DNA of 55,688 nt, from the sequence record DRR723986_5549. One strand, given 5' to 3'. Both the position numbers and the translations under genes were made by a program. Under the pieces are notes generated by a model. That model saw only the letters and a program-made list of their open reading frames with translations, made no database searches and was not told the DNA's origin. The stretch's first letter is position 1. Each line of letters starts with the position of its first letter. Of this stretch, positions 30,489 to 40,048 are shown one piece after another.

Positions 30489-32224
30489 TATGCGTTCCTC
30501 TCTAACTCTGTCTGATACAAATTTTGATAATGTTCTTTGATCGCTTTTCGGTCGATTTTACCTGAGGCAATAAGTGGTAATTCTTCTTTAATCAGCCAAA
30601 TTTTGGCTGGCACCTTATAGCCCGCGAGTTGCTTGCTGGTTTGCTCTAAAATCTGTTCAACAGACAGCGACCCGTCTGCGCAAACCACCACAGCGCCAAC
30701 AATTTCACCCAATATTTCACATGGCAGAGAGAAAACCATCACATCGTCAACACCGTCGATGCCGTGCAAAACGCCCTCGACCTCAAGCGAACTGATGTTT
30801 TCGCCGCCTCGGATAATGATGTCTTTTAGGCGATCAACAATGTAAATGTAGCCTTCTTCATCTTTGTAACCAACATCGCCTGAATGGAACCAACCGTCTT
30901 TGAAAGCGCGCTTTGTTGCTTCCGGGTTATTCCAGTAATGGGTTACATTCATGACAGAACGCATGCAAATCTCGCCGCGTTCGCCTTGCGCCACTTCATT
31001 ACCTTCAGAATCAACGATCTTGATCTGCATCACCGGCGGCGTTGCGACACCAACGCTGGTTGGTCTGGCCACATATTCATCGCCGGACAAAACCGAACCC
31101 ATCGCGTTGGTTTCTGTTAGGCCGTAACCAATGCCAGGATTAGAGTGCGGCATAACCTCTTTAATGAGTTTAACATGCTCTGGTGGGCGCGCAGCACCAC
31201 CACCGCCCATATCAACCAAAGTCGACAGGTCATATTTACCGTCTTTCGCCAACTGCGCCATTTCAAAGGACATTGTAGGTACGCCGGTAAAGGTGGTCAC
31301 CCCCTCCGCTTCAACCAATCGGCACGCTTCTTCAGCGCTCCATTTATGCATAACCACCAGTTTGCGGCCAACCGTTGCCGATACCATCATAACAGGCAAC
31401 AAGCCGGTAACATGGAAGAAAGGCACCGCAACCAGCATAACGGGTTGATAGTCTTCGTCCTCAGGCACCCTGCCCTGCATTTTGAGGCACAAAGCCAGCA
31501 CAATCCAGGTAAACAGCACACTGATAACCGCCTGATGGGTGGAAGGCGCTCCTTTAGGAAAGCCGGTAGAGCCCGAGGTGTATAGCATCATCGCCAAGTC
31601 ATCGGTGGCCAGCTCAACTTCTGGCCAAACCATCGGCTGCTTGCCTTCAAGTGACGCTTCGAAAGAACTCATGCGAGGGTGCGCGTCAAACGCATCACGG
31701 GCAACTATGATCTGCATGTCTAGATCGTCCGCCACGGGCAGAATGCAGCGTGCGCGGGGCGTATCGGTTACAGCCACTTTAGCGCCGCAATCCTTAAGCG
31801 CCCAGCCAAGCTCTTCTTCTTTCCACCATGCATTCATCAAGACGGCAATGCCACCTGCAGCGACAATACCCATGTAAACCATGGGCCATTCTGGATAGTT
31901 GCGCATGGCAATGGCAACGCGGTCACCTTTTTTTACGCCGTAGTCTTCAACCAATGCCTGAGAAAACTGTGTGGCTTTCGCGATGGTTTCCTTGAATGTG
32001 TAACGCTCATCACCGTACACAAGGTATTCTTTATCACCGTGTCCTAGGAACATCATGAAAACATCGCGCAGCGTTTGCGGCTGATGCGTGAACACCGGCA
32101 AAGTTTGGCCGTTTACTTCCTTTTCGGTGGTAGAAAAAGGCATATGAGGTGCAGTGAGCATCTCAATCATCTTTACCATAGGTGTTGATGGATCAACTTT
32201 CGGCAGTTCTAAGCTATCAAGCAT
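30488..32224 (-). CDS. Class I adenylate-forming enzyme (acyl-CoA ligase)
   Basis: MRNYPEW, YTSGSTGFPKG, P.FHVTG, GYGLTET, SGD, DRLKDIIIRGGEN, SGKI; TAATG overlap with the downstream ACAD. Confidence 0.92.
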   Translation of the reverse strand: MLDSLELPKVDPSTPMVKMIEMLTAPHMPFSTTEKEVNGQTLPVFTHQPQTLRDVFMMFLGHGDKEYLVYGDERYTFKETIAKATQFSQALVEDYGVKKGDRVAIAMRNYPEWPMVYMGIVAAGGIAVLMNAWWKEEELGWALKDCGAKVAVTDTPRARCILPVADDLDMQIIVARDAFDAHPRMSSFEASLEGKQPMVWPEVELATDDLAMMLYTSGSTGFPKGAPSTHQAVISVLFTWIVLALCLKMQGRVPEDEDYQPVMLVAVPFFHVTGLLPVMMVSATVGRKLVVMHKWSAEEACRLVEAEGVTTFTGVPTMSFEMAQLAKDGKYDLSTLVDMGGGGAARPPEHVKLIKEVMPHSNPGIGYGLTETNAMGSVLSGDEYVARPTSVGVATPPVMQIKIVDSEGNEVAQGERGEICMRSVMNVTHYWNNPEATKRAFKDGWFHSGDVGYKDEEGYIYIVDRLKDIIIRGGENISSLEVEGVLHGIDGVDDVMVFSLPCEILGEIVGAVVVCADGSLSVEQILEQTSKQLAGYKVPAKIWLIKEELPLIASGKIDRKAIKEHYQNLYQTELERNA

Positions 32225-32259
32225 TGTTTCTCCCCAAACAATTCATTGATGGAAATATA

Positions 32260-33396
32260 TTAATATCCTGAGCAAGCGGCAAAGCGGTCAGCATGGTAAT
32301 TATAGTCACCAAGCAAGGCTTGAAGAATGCGTGCGCGCTTGATGTAAAAGCCTATATCAAATTCGTCGGTCATACCAATACCGCCGTGCATTTGAATGGC
32401 TTCATTTGTGGCAAGTTCAGCTGTTTTCGAAGCTTTTGCCTTAGCAAGGCTTGCAAACCAACGAACATCGCCGCCTGCATCTGCAACTTGCATTGCTTTC
32501 AGTATGGCTGAGCGCGTAACTTCTATTTCACTAAATAAGTGTGCAGCACGGTGCTGCAGCCCTTGGAATGTGCCAATCACAACGCCGAATTGCTTGCGTT
32601 CCTGTAAGTAGCCAACGGTTTGATCGAGACATTGTTGCGAAATACCCAAGAGTTCCGCAGCGATAATAATACGTGCATTGTCAAGCGCGGGCTCAATAGC
32701 ATCAAGCGCTGCGCCTTCAGCGCCAACAAGCACAGTCGCGTCTAGCTTAACGCCCTCGAAAGTAATTTTCGCCCAATTGCGGCTGTCCGCCATAATGGTG
32801 CGGTCAACAATCAATCCCGCCGCACCCTTGTCCACCGCAAAGAGGCTTAGCCCCTTTCTGTCTCCGGCTTCGCCAGACGTTCTTGCCAGCACTAAAATAG
32901 TATCGGCAACATGACCGTCACACACAAAAGTTTTCATGCCCGACAAAACATACCCGCCTTCACCGGCAGTTGCTTTCAAGGCCGTATTTTCCGGGTTGTG
33001 ATGGGCTGTTTCGTCAATTGCTAGTGTTACAATTTTCTCGCCCGCTGCAATTTGCGGCAGCCATTCTTGTTTTTGCTCGTCAGAGCCGGCCGCTTTTATA
33101 ACCGAGGCGCCCATAACTGCACTGGCCAAAAACGGCGATGCTGTTAGGGTTTTTGCCATCGCTTCGGCAACGATGCCCGCACCCACAAGACCAAAGTCCG
33201 TGCCGCCGTTGTCTTCATCGACAAGCAAGCCTGCAAAGCCCATTTCAGCCATTTCAGACCAAAGCTCTTGGGAATAACCAGTTTCGTCGGCGTCATCGCG
33301 CAGTTTACGCAACTGCGATACGGGTGCTTTCTCGGCAAAAAAACCATCCGCAGACTCTTTAAGGAGTTGCTGTTCTTCGTTTAAAATCAAAGCCAT
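32260..33396 (-). CDS. Acyl-CoA dehydrogenase family, PimD-like (probable non-catalytic subunit)
   Basis: EEQQLL, RKQFG..IG.FQ.LQHR, QMHGGIGMTDE; lacks SEP..GSD and the C-terminal EG motif. Confidence 0.85.
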   Translation of the reverse strand: MALILNEEQQLLKESADGFFAEKAPVSQLRKLRDDADETGYSQELWSEMAEMGFAGLLVDEDNGGTDFGLVGAGIVAEAMAKTLTASPFLASAVMGASVIKAAGSDEQKQEWLPQIAAGEKIVTLAIDETAHHNPENTALKATAGEGGYVLSGMKTFVCDGHVADTILVLARTSGEAGDRKGLSLFAVDKGAAGLIVDRTIMADSRNWAKITFEGVKLDATVLVGAEGAALDAIEPALDNARIIIAAELLGISQQCLDQTVGYLQERKQFGVVIGTFQGLQHRAAHLFSEIEVTRSAILKAMQVADAGGDVRWFASLAKAKASKTAELATNEAIQMHGGIGMTDEFDIGFYIKRARILQALLGDYNYHADRFAACSGY

Positions 33397-33410
33397 TACT
33401 CGGGTACTCC

Positions 33411-34583
33411 TTAAACTGGCAGGTCTAGAATGCGTTTAGAAATGATGTTTAGCTGCACCTCAGATGTTCCGCCCTCAATTGAGTTCGCTTTGGTGCGCAG
33501 CCAGTTACGCGCGATATCGCCGTTATTGGAGTACTGGCCTTCCCACTCTAAGCCATCGGAACCATTCACTTTTACAATCAATTCATGGCGTTGCTTGTTT
33601 AGCTCTGTTCCGTAATATTTAAGCATGGAAGAAAAAGCGCCGATGTCGCCGCCTGCTTTGGCTTGGTCTTTCGCACGCTCTAACGTGAATACAAATGCTG
33701 CGGCATCAAGTTCGTGCTCGGCGATCTGATGGCGCATCATTGCACCTGGCAGTTGACCGTTCTCATCGGTGCCTAACTTGTCTTTCGCCAACATATTCAA
33801 GGGTGTAGGCATACCCATATCGCTAATGCCTGTACGCTCATGCGTCAGCAAATACTTCGCAATCGTCCAGCCTTTGTCTTCTTCGCCCACCAAATTGGCT
33901 TTTGGCACTTTTACATCATCAAAGAAGGTTTCACAGAACGGCGAGTTACCAGAGATGAGTTTAATTGGCTTGGTCGATACGCCTTCGCTTTCCATATCGA
34001 ATAACACGAAGCTAACGCCGTGGTGCTTGGAGCCAGAACTATCCGTGCGCACAAGACAGAAAATCCAGTCCGCCTGATCTGCGTATGAGGTCCATACTTT
34101 TTGGCCGTTAACCAAGTAATGGTCGCCTTTATCTTCCGCCTTCGTCGCCAGCGACGCAAGGTCAGACCCCGCATTGGGCTCTGAATACCCCTGACACCAG
34201 CGTATTTCGCCGCGGGCAATTTTAGGCAAATGCTCAAGCTTCTGCTCGTGACTTCCAAACTTCAATAAAGCTGGGCCAAGCATCCAGATACCAAAGGATG
34301 TAAGAGGCGAACGCGCTTTGATACGGCGCATTTCGCTGGCTAATACTTTGGCTTCTTCGGCAGTGAGGCCGCCGCCGCCATATTCCTTGGGCCAAGTAGG
34401 CACAGTCCACCCACGAGATGCCATACGATCCAGCCAATTTTTTTGATCTTCTGATTCAAACTTGAAATTTCTACCACCCCAACAGGCGTTCACATCGGTT
34501 AGTAAAGGTGTCCGCATTGAAGCCGGGCAATTTTCCTCTAACCAGGCTCGGGTTTCTAACTGGAACGCTTCCAAGTCTGCCAT
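33411..34583 (-). CDS. Acyl-CoA dehydrogenase family, PimC-like
   Basis: WPKEYGG, WCQGYSEPNAGSDLASL, NGQKVWTS, ER, SIEGGTSEVQ.NII. Confidence 0.9.
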   Translation of the reverse strand: MADLEAFQLETRAWLEENCPASMRTPLLTDVNACWGGRNFKFESEDQKNWLDRMASRGWTVPTWPKEYGGGGLTAEEAKVLASEMRRIKARSPLTSFGIWMLGPALLKFGSHEQKLEHLPKIARGEIRWCQGYSEPNAGSDLASLATKAEDKGDHYLVNGQKVWTSYADQADWIFCLVRTDSSGSKHHGVSFVLFDMESEGVSTKPIKLISGNSPFCETFFDDVKVPKANLVGEEDKGWTIAKYLLTHERTGISDMGMPTPLNMLAKDKLGTDENGQLPGAMMRHQIAEHELDAAAFVFTLERAKDQAKAGGDIGAFSSMLKYYGTELNKQRHELIVKVNGSDGLEWEGQYSNNGDIARNWLRTKANSIEGGTSEVQLNIISKRILDLPV

Positions 34584-34810
34584 TATTCTCTCCCACTCTT
34601 GGCCGCTTTGCCTAAACTCAGCATTTGCGGTCCATATTACTGCTAATCAAAAATAAATTTTGTTCCTGAGTGACATCGGTCTGAGATGCCCTAAGTCAAG
34701 CATAAGAGTAATTTTTACCTGTTTCTTTGCACTATTGTGCGAGATCAACAGCAATAATCGGCATTTTATGAAGTAAAGACGTCCAAATCAGTGACAAACT
34801 ATAGCGTTTT

Positions 34811-36220
34811 ATGACTAAACTTTCCTACCGCAGTGTGTGGCAATTGGCTGGCCCAAACATCGCCAGCAACATTCTTATGGTGTCGATTTCCTTTGCGCAC
34901 CTCTGGATTGTCGCTCCCTTTGGGCCCGAGGCCAGCGCGGCGGTTGTTACGGGTGGCCGAATTCATTTTTTGCTTATGTCTGCATCCATGGCGCTTTCAG
35001 TTGCGACTACAGCCGTGGTAGCGCGTGCTTGGGGTGCTGAAAATGCGCAAGAAGCCTCTGAAGCAACAACCAGTTCCCTAACCCTAGCAGTTCTTATTTC
35101 AATAAGCTTGGGGGCAATTACATTTCTTTTTGCCGAACAATTTGTTGCGCTGTTTAATCTGGATGCTGTTTCCAGCCAATTAGCGGTCGATTATGTTAAA
35201 CCGGCTGCAATTCTAAACATTGTTTTTGCTATAGCTCTCACCATTTTTACCGCTTTCCGCGCCATCGGCGATGTGGTGCGTCCCTTATGGTTCAGTGCTA
35301 TTGCCACCGTGTTTGGCACAATTGGCTCATATACATTTGTACATGGCAGCTTTGGCATGCCAGAAATGGGCATGGCCGGCATCCCTTGGGGTACGGCAGC
35401 AGGTCAATTAATTGTGGTCTTGTGGGCAGGCTTTAATTGGCTAACGCGCCGCTACGACCTGTTTCCAACCACCCACGCTATTTTTGACGCTGCTCGGCTA
35501 AGACAGCTTGCAAAAATTGGCATGCCCGCAGCTATGGAGCAAGTTGTTCTGCAAAGCAGTTTGGTTTTGTTTATGGTTTTGGTTGCTGGATACGGCACCG
35601 CCGCATTCGCGGCATATGGCATTGGCATCACCATCCTCAGCATATGCATCGTTATCGGCATGGGTTTCGGCGCAGCCAGCGCAACCCTCTCGGGGCAAAG
35701 CTTAGGCGCCGAGGACCCAGACGCCGCTCGTGCCAATGGCTGGATGGCTATGAAAATGGCGGTTGTTGCTATGTCGATTGTAGCTGTCATTACCATCCTG
35801 TTGAAGACGCAGCTTGCAGCTATGTTATCCATTGACCCTGAGATTCAGCGCTATACAGAGTTTTTCATCATCGTGTTGGCGATTGTTCAGCCTTTGATGG
35901 CGATTGAGTTTGCTATTGGCAGCGCCCTGCGAGGTGGCGGCGAAACACGCTACCCACTTTTGGTCACTTTCATTGGCGTGGTGCTGGTCCGTTTCAGCGT
36001 TGGTATTGTTGTTATTCTGCTTGATGGGTCCGTAGAGGCCATCTATTCGGTTATCATCGTGGATTATGCAATAAAATCATTGCTTTTGGTTTTGCGCTTT
36101 CGGTCAGACAAATGGATCAAAGGTCAAGACGATCACGCCCCTCTCGCTGTCCAGTCACTTGCGGGTATTGTTCGCGCACCCGTTCGGCGTTATTTCAGTC
36201 GAAAGTCAAACAGGCGATAA
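34811..36220 (+). CDS. MATE family efflux transporter
   Basis: About 12 TM segments with internal repeat: VARAWGA / GQSLGA, FRAIGD..P / LRGGGET..P, G.PEMG.AG. Confidence 0.9.
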   Translation: MTKLSYRSVWQLAGPNIASNILMVSISFAHLWIVAPFGPEASAAVVTGGRIHFLLMSASMALSVATTAVVARAWGAENAQEASEATTSSLTLAVLISISLGAITFLFAEQFVALFNLDAVSSQLAVDYVKPAAILNIVFAIALTIFTAFRAIGDVVRPLWFSAIATVFGTIGSYTFVHGSFGMPEMGMAGIPWGTAAGQLIVVLWAGFNWLTRRYDLFPTTHAIFDAARLRQLAKIGMPAAMEQVVLQSSLVLFMVLVAGYGTAAFAAYGIGITILSICIVIGMGFGAASATLSGQSLGAEDPDAARANGWMAMKMAVVAMSIVAVITILLKTQLAAMLSIDPEIQRYTEFFIIVLAIVQPLMAIEFAIGSALRGGGETRYPLLVTFIGVVLVRFSVGIVVILLDGSVEAIYSVIIVDYAIKSLLLVLRFRSDKWIKGQDDHAPLAVQSLAGIVRAPVRRYFSRKSNRR

Positions 36221-36344
36221 TCATTCAACAAGCTCAGGTTCGTTTTTAACCAAACGAGCTTGGACCAAAACAACTTTCACACTAGTTTATAATTCAAACA
36301 GGCAGCATGCCAAAACTGTACCAGCCAAAGCAGGAGATATAGTC

Positions 36345-37124
36345 ATGAGCAAAAAAGGTGTTCTCGATATTCCGTCAGTTAAAGACCAAGTCAGTGAAGA
36401 AGAATGGCAGGCGCGGGTTGACCTCGCTGCTGCTTATCGCATGTGCGCGTATTTTGGCTGGGACGATCTGATCTACACGCATATATCTGCACGTGTTCCC
36501 AACAGCGACCATCACTTCCTGATCAACCCACTGGGCCTAATGTTTGAGGAAATGACTGCTTCAAGCCTGATCAAGGTTGATCTGAACGGCAACGCGCAAA
36601 TGGAAACACCCTTCATCCCTAATGCTGCTGGCTTCGTTATCCATAGTGCCATTCATGCTGCGCGTGAAGACGCGGGCTGTGTTCTACATTTGCACACAGA
36701 TTACGGCGTGGCAGTTTCTAACCTGAAAAGCGGGCTGGAGCCCCTGAGCCAAAGTTCAATTCCAGCATGGTCAGTGATTTCCTATCACGACTATGAAGGG
36801 TTTGCCGTCAATGACGGTGAGCAAGAACGCTTGGTTGCAGACTTGGGCGACAAGAACGCCATGATTTTGCGCAACCACGGTACACTCACGACGGCCAACA
36901 CAACTGCGCAGGCATTTGAATTGATGTTTTTCCTGGAAAAAGCCTGCAAAATTCAAATTCTTACCCGTGCAACTGGCATGGAACTACACAACCCAAGTCA
37001 GGAGTCTATTGACAATGCCTTGCGTGACTTGCGTGTTGTTGCCGGTGCAAACGGCGCAGACAATTTTGTTTGGCCCGCCATCTTACGTAAAATGGACCGC
37101 TTGGACCCAAGCTTCCGGACATAA
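36345..37124 (+). CDS. Class II aldolase/adducin family protein
   Basis: EW..RVDLAAAYR, HISARVP, FLINP.G..FEE.TASSL, AGFVIHSAIH, HLHT, LRNHG; start 36345 after AGGAG. Confidence 0.9.
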   Translation: MSKKGVLDIPSVKDQVSEEEWQARVDLAAAYRMCAYFGWDDLIYTHISARVPNSDHHFLINPLGLMFEEMTASSLIKVDLNGNAQMETPFIPNAAGFVIHSAIHAAREDAGCVLHLHTDYGVAVSNLKSGLEPLSQSSIPAWSVISYHDYEGFAVNDGEQERLVADLGDKNAMILRNHGTLTTANTTAQAFELMFFLEKACKIQILTRATGMELHNPSQESIDNALRDLRVVAGANGADNFVWPAILRKMDRLDPSFRT

Positions 37125-37133
37125 AGAGGCTAT

Positions 37134-37994
37134 ATGCAAACTCTCGCTGAATTTACCAAGGGGCTAGCTGTTGAGCAGTTGGACCGCCTACTGTTTCGAG
37201 GCAATCCAAACGACTGGCCAAACCGGCATGTGTTTGGTGGCCATGTTGTTGCGCAAGCAATGGAAGCGGCAGAAAAAACCGTCGATGAAGGCGTTTCTCT
37301 ACATTCACTGCACGGCTATTTCCTTCGGCCCGGCATTGCGGGCCAGCCAATAATTTATGATGTCGACCCCATTCGCGATGGTCGAAGCTTTGTAACGCGG
37401 CGCGTAGTTGCCCTTCAAAATAGTGAAGCCATTTTCACGCTTGAAGCCTCTTTTCACGTTGGAGAAGATGGTGTTTCGCACCAAATTGATATGCCCAAAG
37501 TTCCCATGCCCGAAGACCTCGACGACGACGAAGCTTACTATGAGAAAATCTTGAAAGCATTCAGCTCTGGGAAAGGCGGCCGCCCGTTTCTTCCTTTTGA
37601 AACGCGCGCCATTGACCGTATGGATATTGAAAATATTCAGCCAAAAGACCCTGTCACAGGCTATTGGCTCAAGTTAAAAGAGCCTATTGGCGACGACCAG
37701 AAACTGCACCGCAGACTTCTTGCTTACATTTCAGATTTCGCTTTTCTTTCTTCCAATTTGCGCCCCCATGCCATGATCCCACGGGACCCTCGCCTGAAAA
37801 CCGTTGCCAGCCTTGATCATGCTATGTGGTTTCACCGTGAAAATTTCCGGTCTGATGAATGGATTTTTTATAAAACGGAAGGATATTGGACAGGCAAAGG
37901 GCGCGGATTGGCGCGCGGTGCATTATATTCGCGCGATGGTCGTCTTCTTGCCTCAACAGCACAAGAGAGCCTGTTAAGGCTGAAGAAGGACTAG
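37134..37994 (+). CDS. tesB: Acyl-CoA thioesterase II
   Basis: VFGG.V.AQA, HSLHGYFLRPG, RDGRSF..RRV, AYISD, ASLDHAMWFH, QE. Confidence 0.9.
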   Translation: MQTLAEFTKGLAVEQLDRLLFRGNPNDWPNRHVFGGHVVAQAMEAAEKTVDEGVSLHSLHGYFLRPGIAGQPIIYDVDPIRDGRSFVTRRVVALQNSEAIFTLEASFHVGEDGVSHQIDMPKVPMPEDLDDDEAYYEKILKAFSSGKGGRPFLPFETRAIDRMDIENIQPKDPVTGYWLKLKEPIGDDQKLHRRLLAYISDFAFLSSNLRPHAMIPRDPRLKTVASLDHAMWFHRENFRSDEWIFYKTEGYWTGKGRGLARGALYSRDGRLLASTAQESLLRLKKD

Positions 37995-38010
37995 CGCTAA
38001 GCTTTTGTTT

Positions 38011-38751
38011 TCACACGTTTACTGAAATCGGCTTAATAGTATCTGCCAGTGTTTTCGCTGAAACTTTGCGCCGCCAGACCACATAGCGCACCTCGGCACC
38101 ACTCATGATATTGCGTCTAAGGCCAGAACCTGACTTCACAATACCCAAAGTTTCCATTGCCATTTTCTTCTTGCCGCTATCGGGTTCCCAATCATGTAAT
38201 GACAAATAGCTGTCCCGAATTTGCTCGGCCGTTCGCTCGCTAACATCATAATTGCCTGACAGGGTAAAATAGTTTTTCAGTGTGTTCTGCTTACCGGGCA
38301 ACTTTGTAGACACTTGAGAGTATATAAAATATCCGCCGGGGCGGACCACCTGCTGGACATAGTCTGTCCATTCCTGATTTTCCCTAAAAGCCCGAAGGTC
38401 ATCCATACAAAATAACGCATGAAATCGTTTTTTGCCGCGCATAAACGGGTCGTTTAAATGCTTCATGGGGTATAGCCGAACCGCACTGTTCTTTTTAAAC
38501 ATGCTTTCCAGATGGCTGAGACATTCACCGCGACCCTCGTAAGCGTCTACGATATAGCCCCGATCAAGCAAAGACTTAACCAATCTGCCACCGCCAGGGC
38601 CAACAACACCGACATGGGCACGCTCGGGCAAATCATCAAACATCGCCATTGTCTCAATCACATCGAGACTTAAAGGACGCTCACAATAATCAATATTTTG
38701 GCCATTGAACATCAGGTCCAAAGCCATGGAAAAAGCTAAACTCTCACTCAT
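38011..38751 (-). CDS. Hypothetical protein with a degenerate class I SAM-methyltransferase-like fold
   Basis: 246-aa ORF with GAGGG/GGA upstream; VGVVGPGGG (motif I-like), VDAYE, RFHALFC, VRPGGYF. Confidence 0.6.
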   Translation of the reverse strand: MSESLAFSMALDLMFNGQNIDYCERPLSLDVIETMAMFDDLPERAHVGVVGPGGGRLVKSLLDRGYIVDAYEGRGECLSHLESMFKKNSAVRLYPMKHLNDPFMRGKKRFHALFCMDDLRAFRENQEWTDYVQQVVRPGGYFIYSQVSTKLPGKQNTLKNYFTLSGNYDVSERTAEQIRDSYLSLHDWEPDSGKKKMAMETLGIVKSGSGLRRNIMSGAEVRYVVWRRKVSAKTLADTIKPISVNV

Positions 38752-38886
38752 ACGCGTTCCATACCCTCACTGGTTACGGGGCAACGCCCCCACAGTGTGA
38801 ATTGGCGCCCCTTTCCCTGAGCGAAAATCACATCACAAAACCTGTGCTGACTGCCATCAACACAGGGACAAAGTTAGTAGCTTAAG

Positions 38887-38902
38887 GTTAAGTAAGCGCT
38901 AA
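38887..38902 (-). promoter_or_regulatory. CtrA-like box upstream of the methyltransferase-like ORF
   Basis: Minus strand TTAG-N7-TTAAC followed by CTTAA. Confidence 0.4.
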
Positions 38903-38946
38903 CAATTGGTGAAAATTGTCAGGAACTTACGCTTATTTTAAGAAAA

Positions 38947-40020
38947 CTAAATATTGGAGTCTTCAATAAGCTGGCGTGCGTATCCGCCCAACAAATTGGT
39001 ACGACCCGCAAAAGACGCAAAGGCCGGATTTTTGCTTTGGCCGTGATAATAGCGGTAATAAATTTGCTGCAAAATCACTGCTAATCGGAAAACGCCGTAA
39101 ACGTGATAATAATCGAATTTTGACAGGTCATAGCCGGTGCGCTCTGCATAGAGGTCACAAATTTCCTCACGGGTCAGCATACCAGGCTCCAGACAAGGCT
39201 GCATTCGCATCATTTTAACTTGCTCCGGATCACTGGGTTGGCTCCAGTAAGCCAATGTATTGCCCAGATCCATCAAGGGGTCACCCAATGCACTGATTTC
39301 CCAGTCAAGTACAGCAACAATATCAAAGGGGTTTTCCTCCGCGAGAATAACATTATCCAACCGGTAATCGCCGTGCAGAATTGAATGCCCTACTTCGCCT
39401 TTCGGCATGTTATCTTCCAGCCATTTCCTTACGTCTTCGAAGCTTTCCACATCGTCCGTCATGGCCTTCTCATAGCGCCGGTTCCACCCCAGAACTTGAC
39501 GCTCCACATAGCCTTCTGGTTTACCAAAGTCCCCAAGACCAATGGCGTTATAGTCGACTTTGTGAAGATCAATCAGCTTGTCAAAGAAAGACAGGCAAAG
39601 CTTGCGTCCTTCTTCCTCGCCGAAACCCCATTCCGTAGGGATATCGCGCTCCAACTTACGCCCGACAACTTGTTCCATCACGTAAAACTCTGCACCAAAC
39701 GGGCTGTCTTCATCACTTACGTGAAAATAGGTTTCCGGCACAGCCGAGAACACAGGCTTGAGCGCATTCATAACCTTGAATTCGCGGATCATACTGTGAC
39801 CAGACTTTGGCCGCGTGCCAAAAGGCGGACGGCGCAAAACAAAGTTACGGTCTTCATATTGAATTGAATAGGTAAGATTTGAATTGCCGCCAGCAAATTG
39901 CCGCACAACAGGCGTTCCCGTAACGCCGTCTACATTCTGCTTGATAAGTTTATCAACCACTGCGCCGTCCAGCTCTTCGCCTTCGCGCACATCAACCGTT
40001 TTATTCAATTCGTCAGACAT
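38947..40020 (-). CDS. APH/choline-kinase-like phosphotransferase (ACAD10/11 N-terminal or LvaA-like)
   Basis: QF.GG.SNLTY, VLRRPP, H.M.RE, FYVME, G.P.GY..RQ, HGDYRLDN, LDWE...LGDP..DL. Confidence 0.9.
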   Translation of the reverse strand: MSDELNKTVDVREGEELDGAVVDKLIKQNVDGVTGTPVVRQFAGGNSNLTYSIQYEDRNFVLRRPPFGTRPKSGHSMIREFKVMNALKPVFSAVPETYFHVSDEDSPFGAEFYVMEQVVGRKLERDIPTEWGFGEEEGRKLCLSFFDKLIDLHKVDYNAIGLGDFGKPEGYVERQVLGWNRRYEKAMTDDVESFEDVRKWLEDNMPKGEVGHSILHGDYRLDNVILAEENPFDIVAVLDWEISALGDPLMDLGNTLAYWSQPSDPEQVKMMRMQPCLEPGMLTREEICDLYAERTGYDLSKFDYYHVYGVFRLAVILQQIYYRYYHGQSKNPAFASFAGRTNLLGGYARQLIEDSNI

Positions 40021-40048
40021 TCATGCGTCCTACTTCAGATATTACTAG

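Noticed and set aside
36159-36344. N-terminal extension of the aldolase ORF overlapping MATE
   Set aside because: A strong AGGAG RBS precedes ATG 36345, where family similarity begins; the extension is an ORF-calling artefact
38947-40020. Aminoglycoside resistance phosphotransferase
   Set aside because: Motifs (GG.SNLTY, VLRRPP, HGDYRLDN) and context fit the ACAD10/11 kinase subfamily; no mobile context
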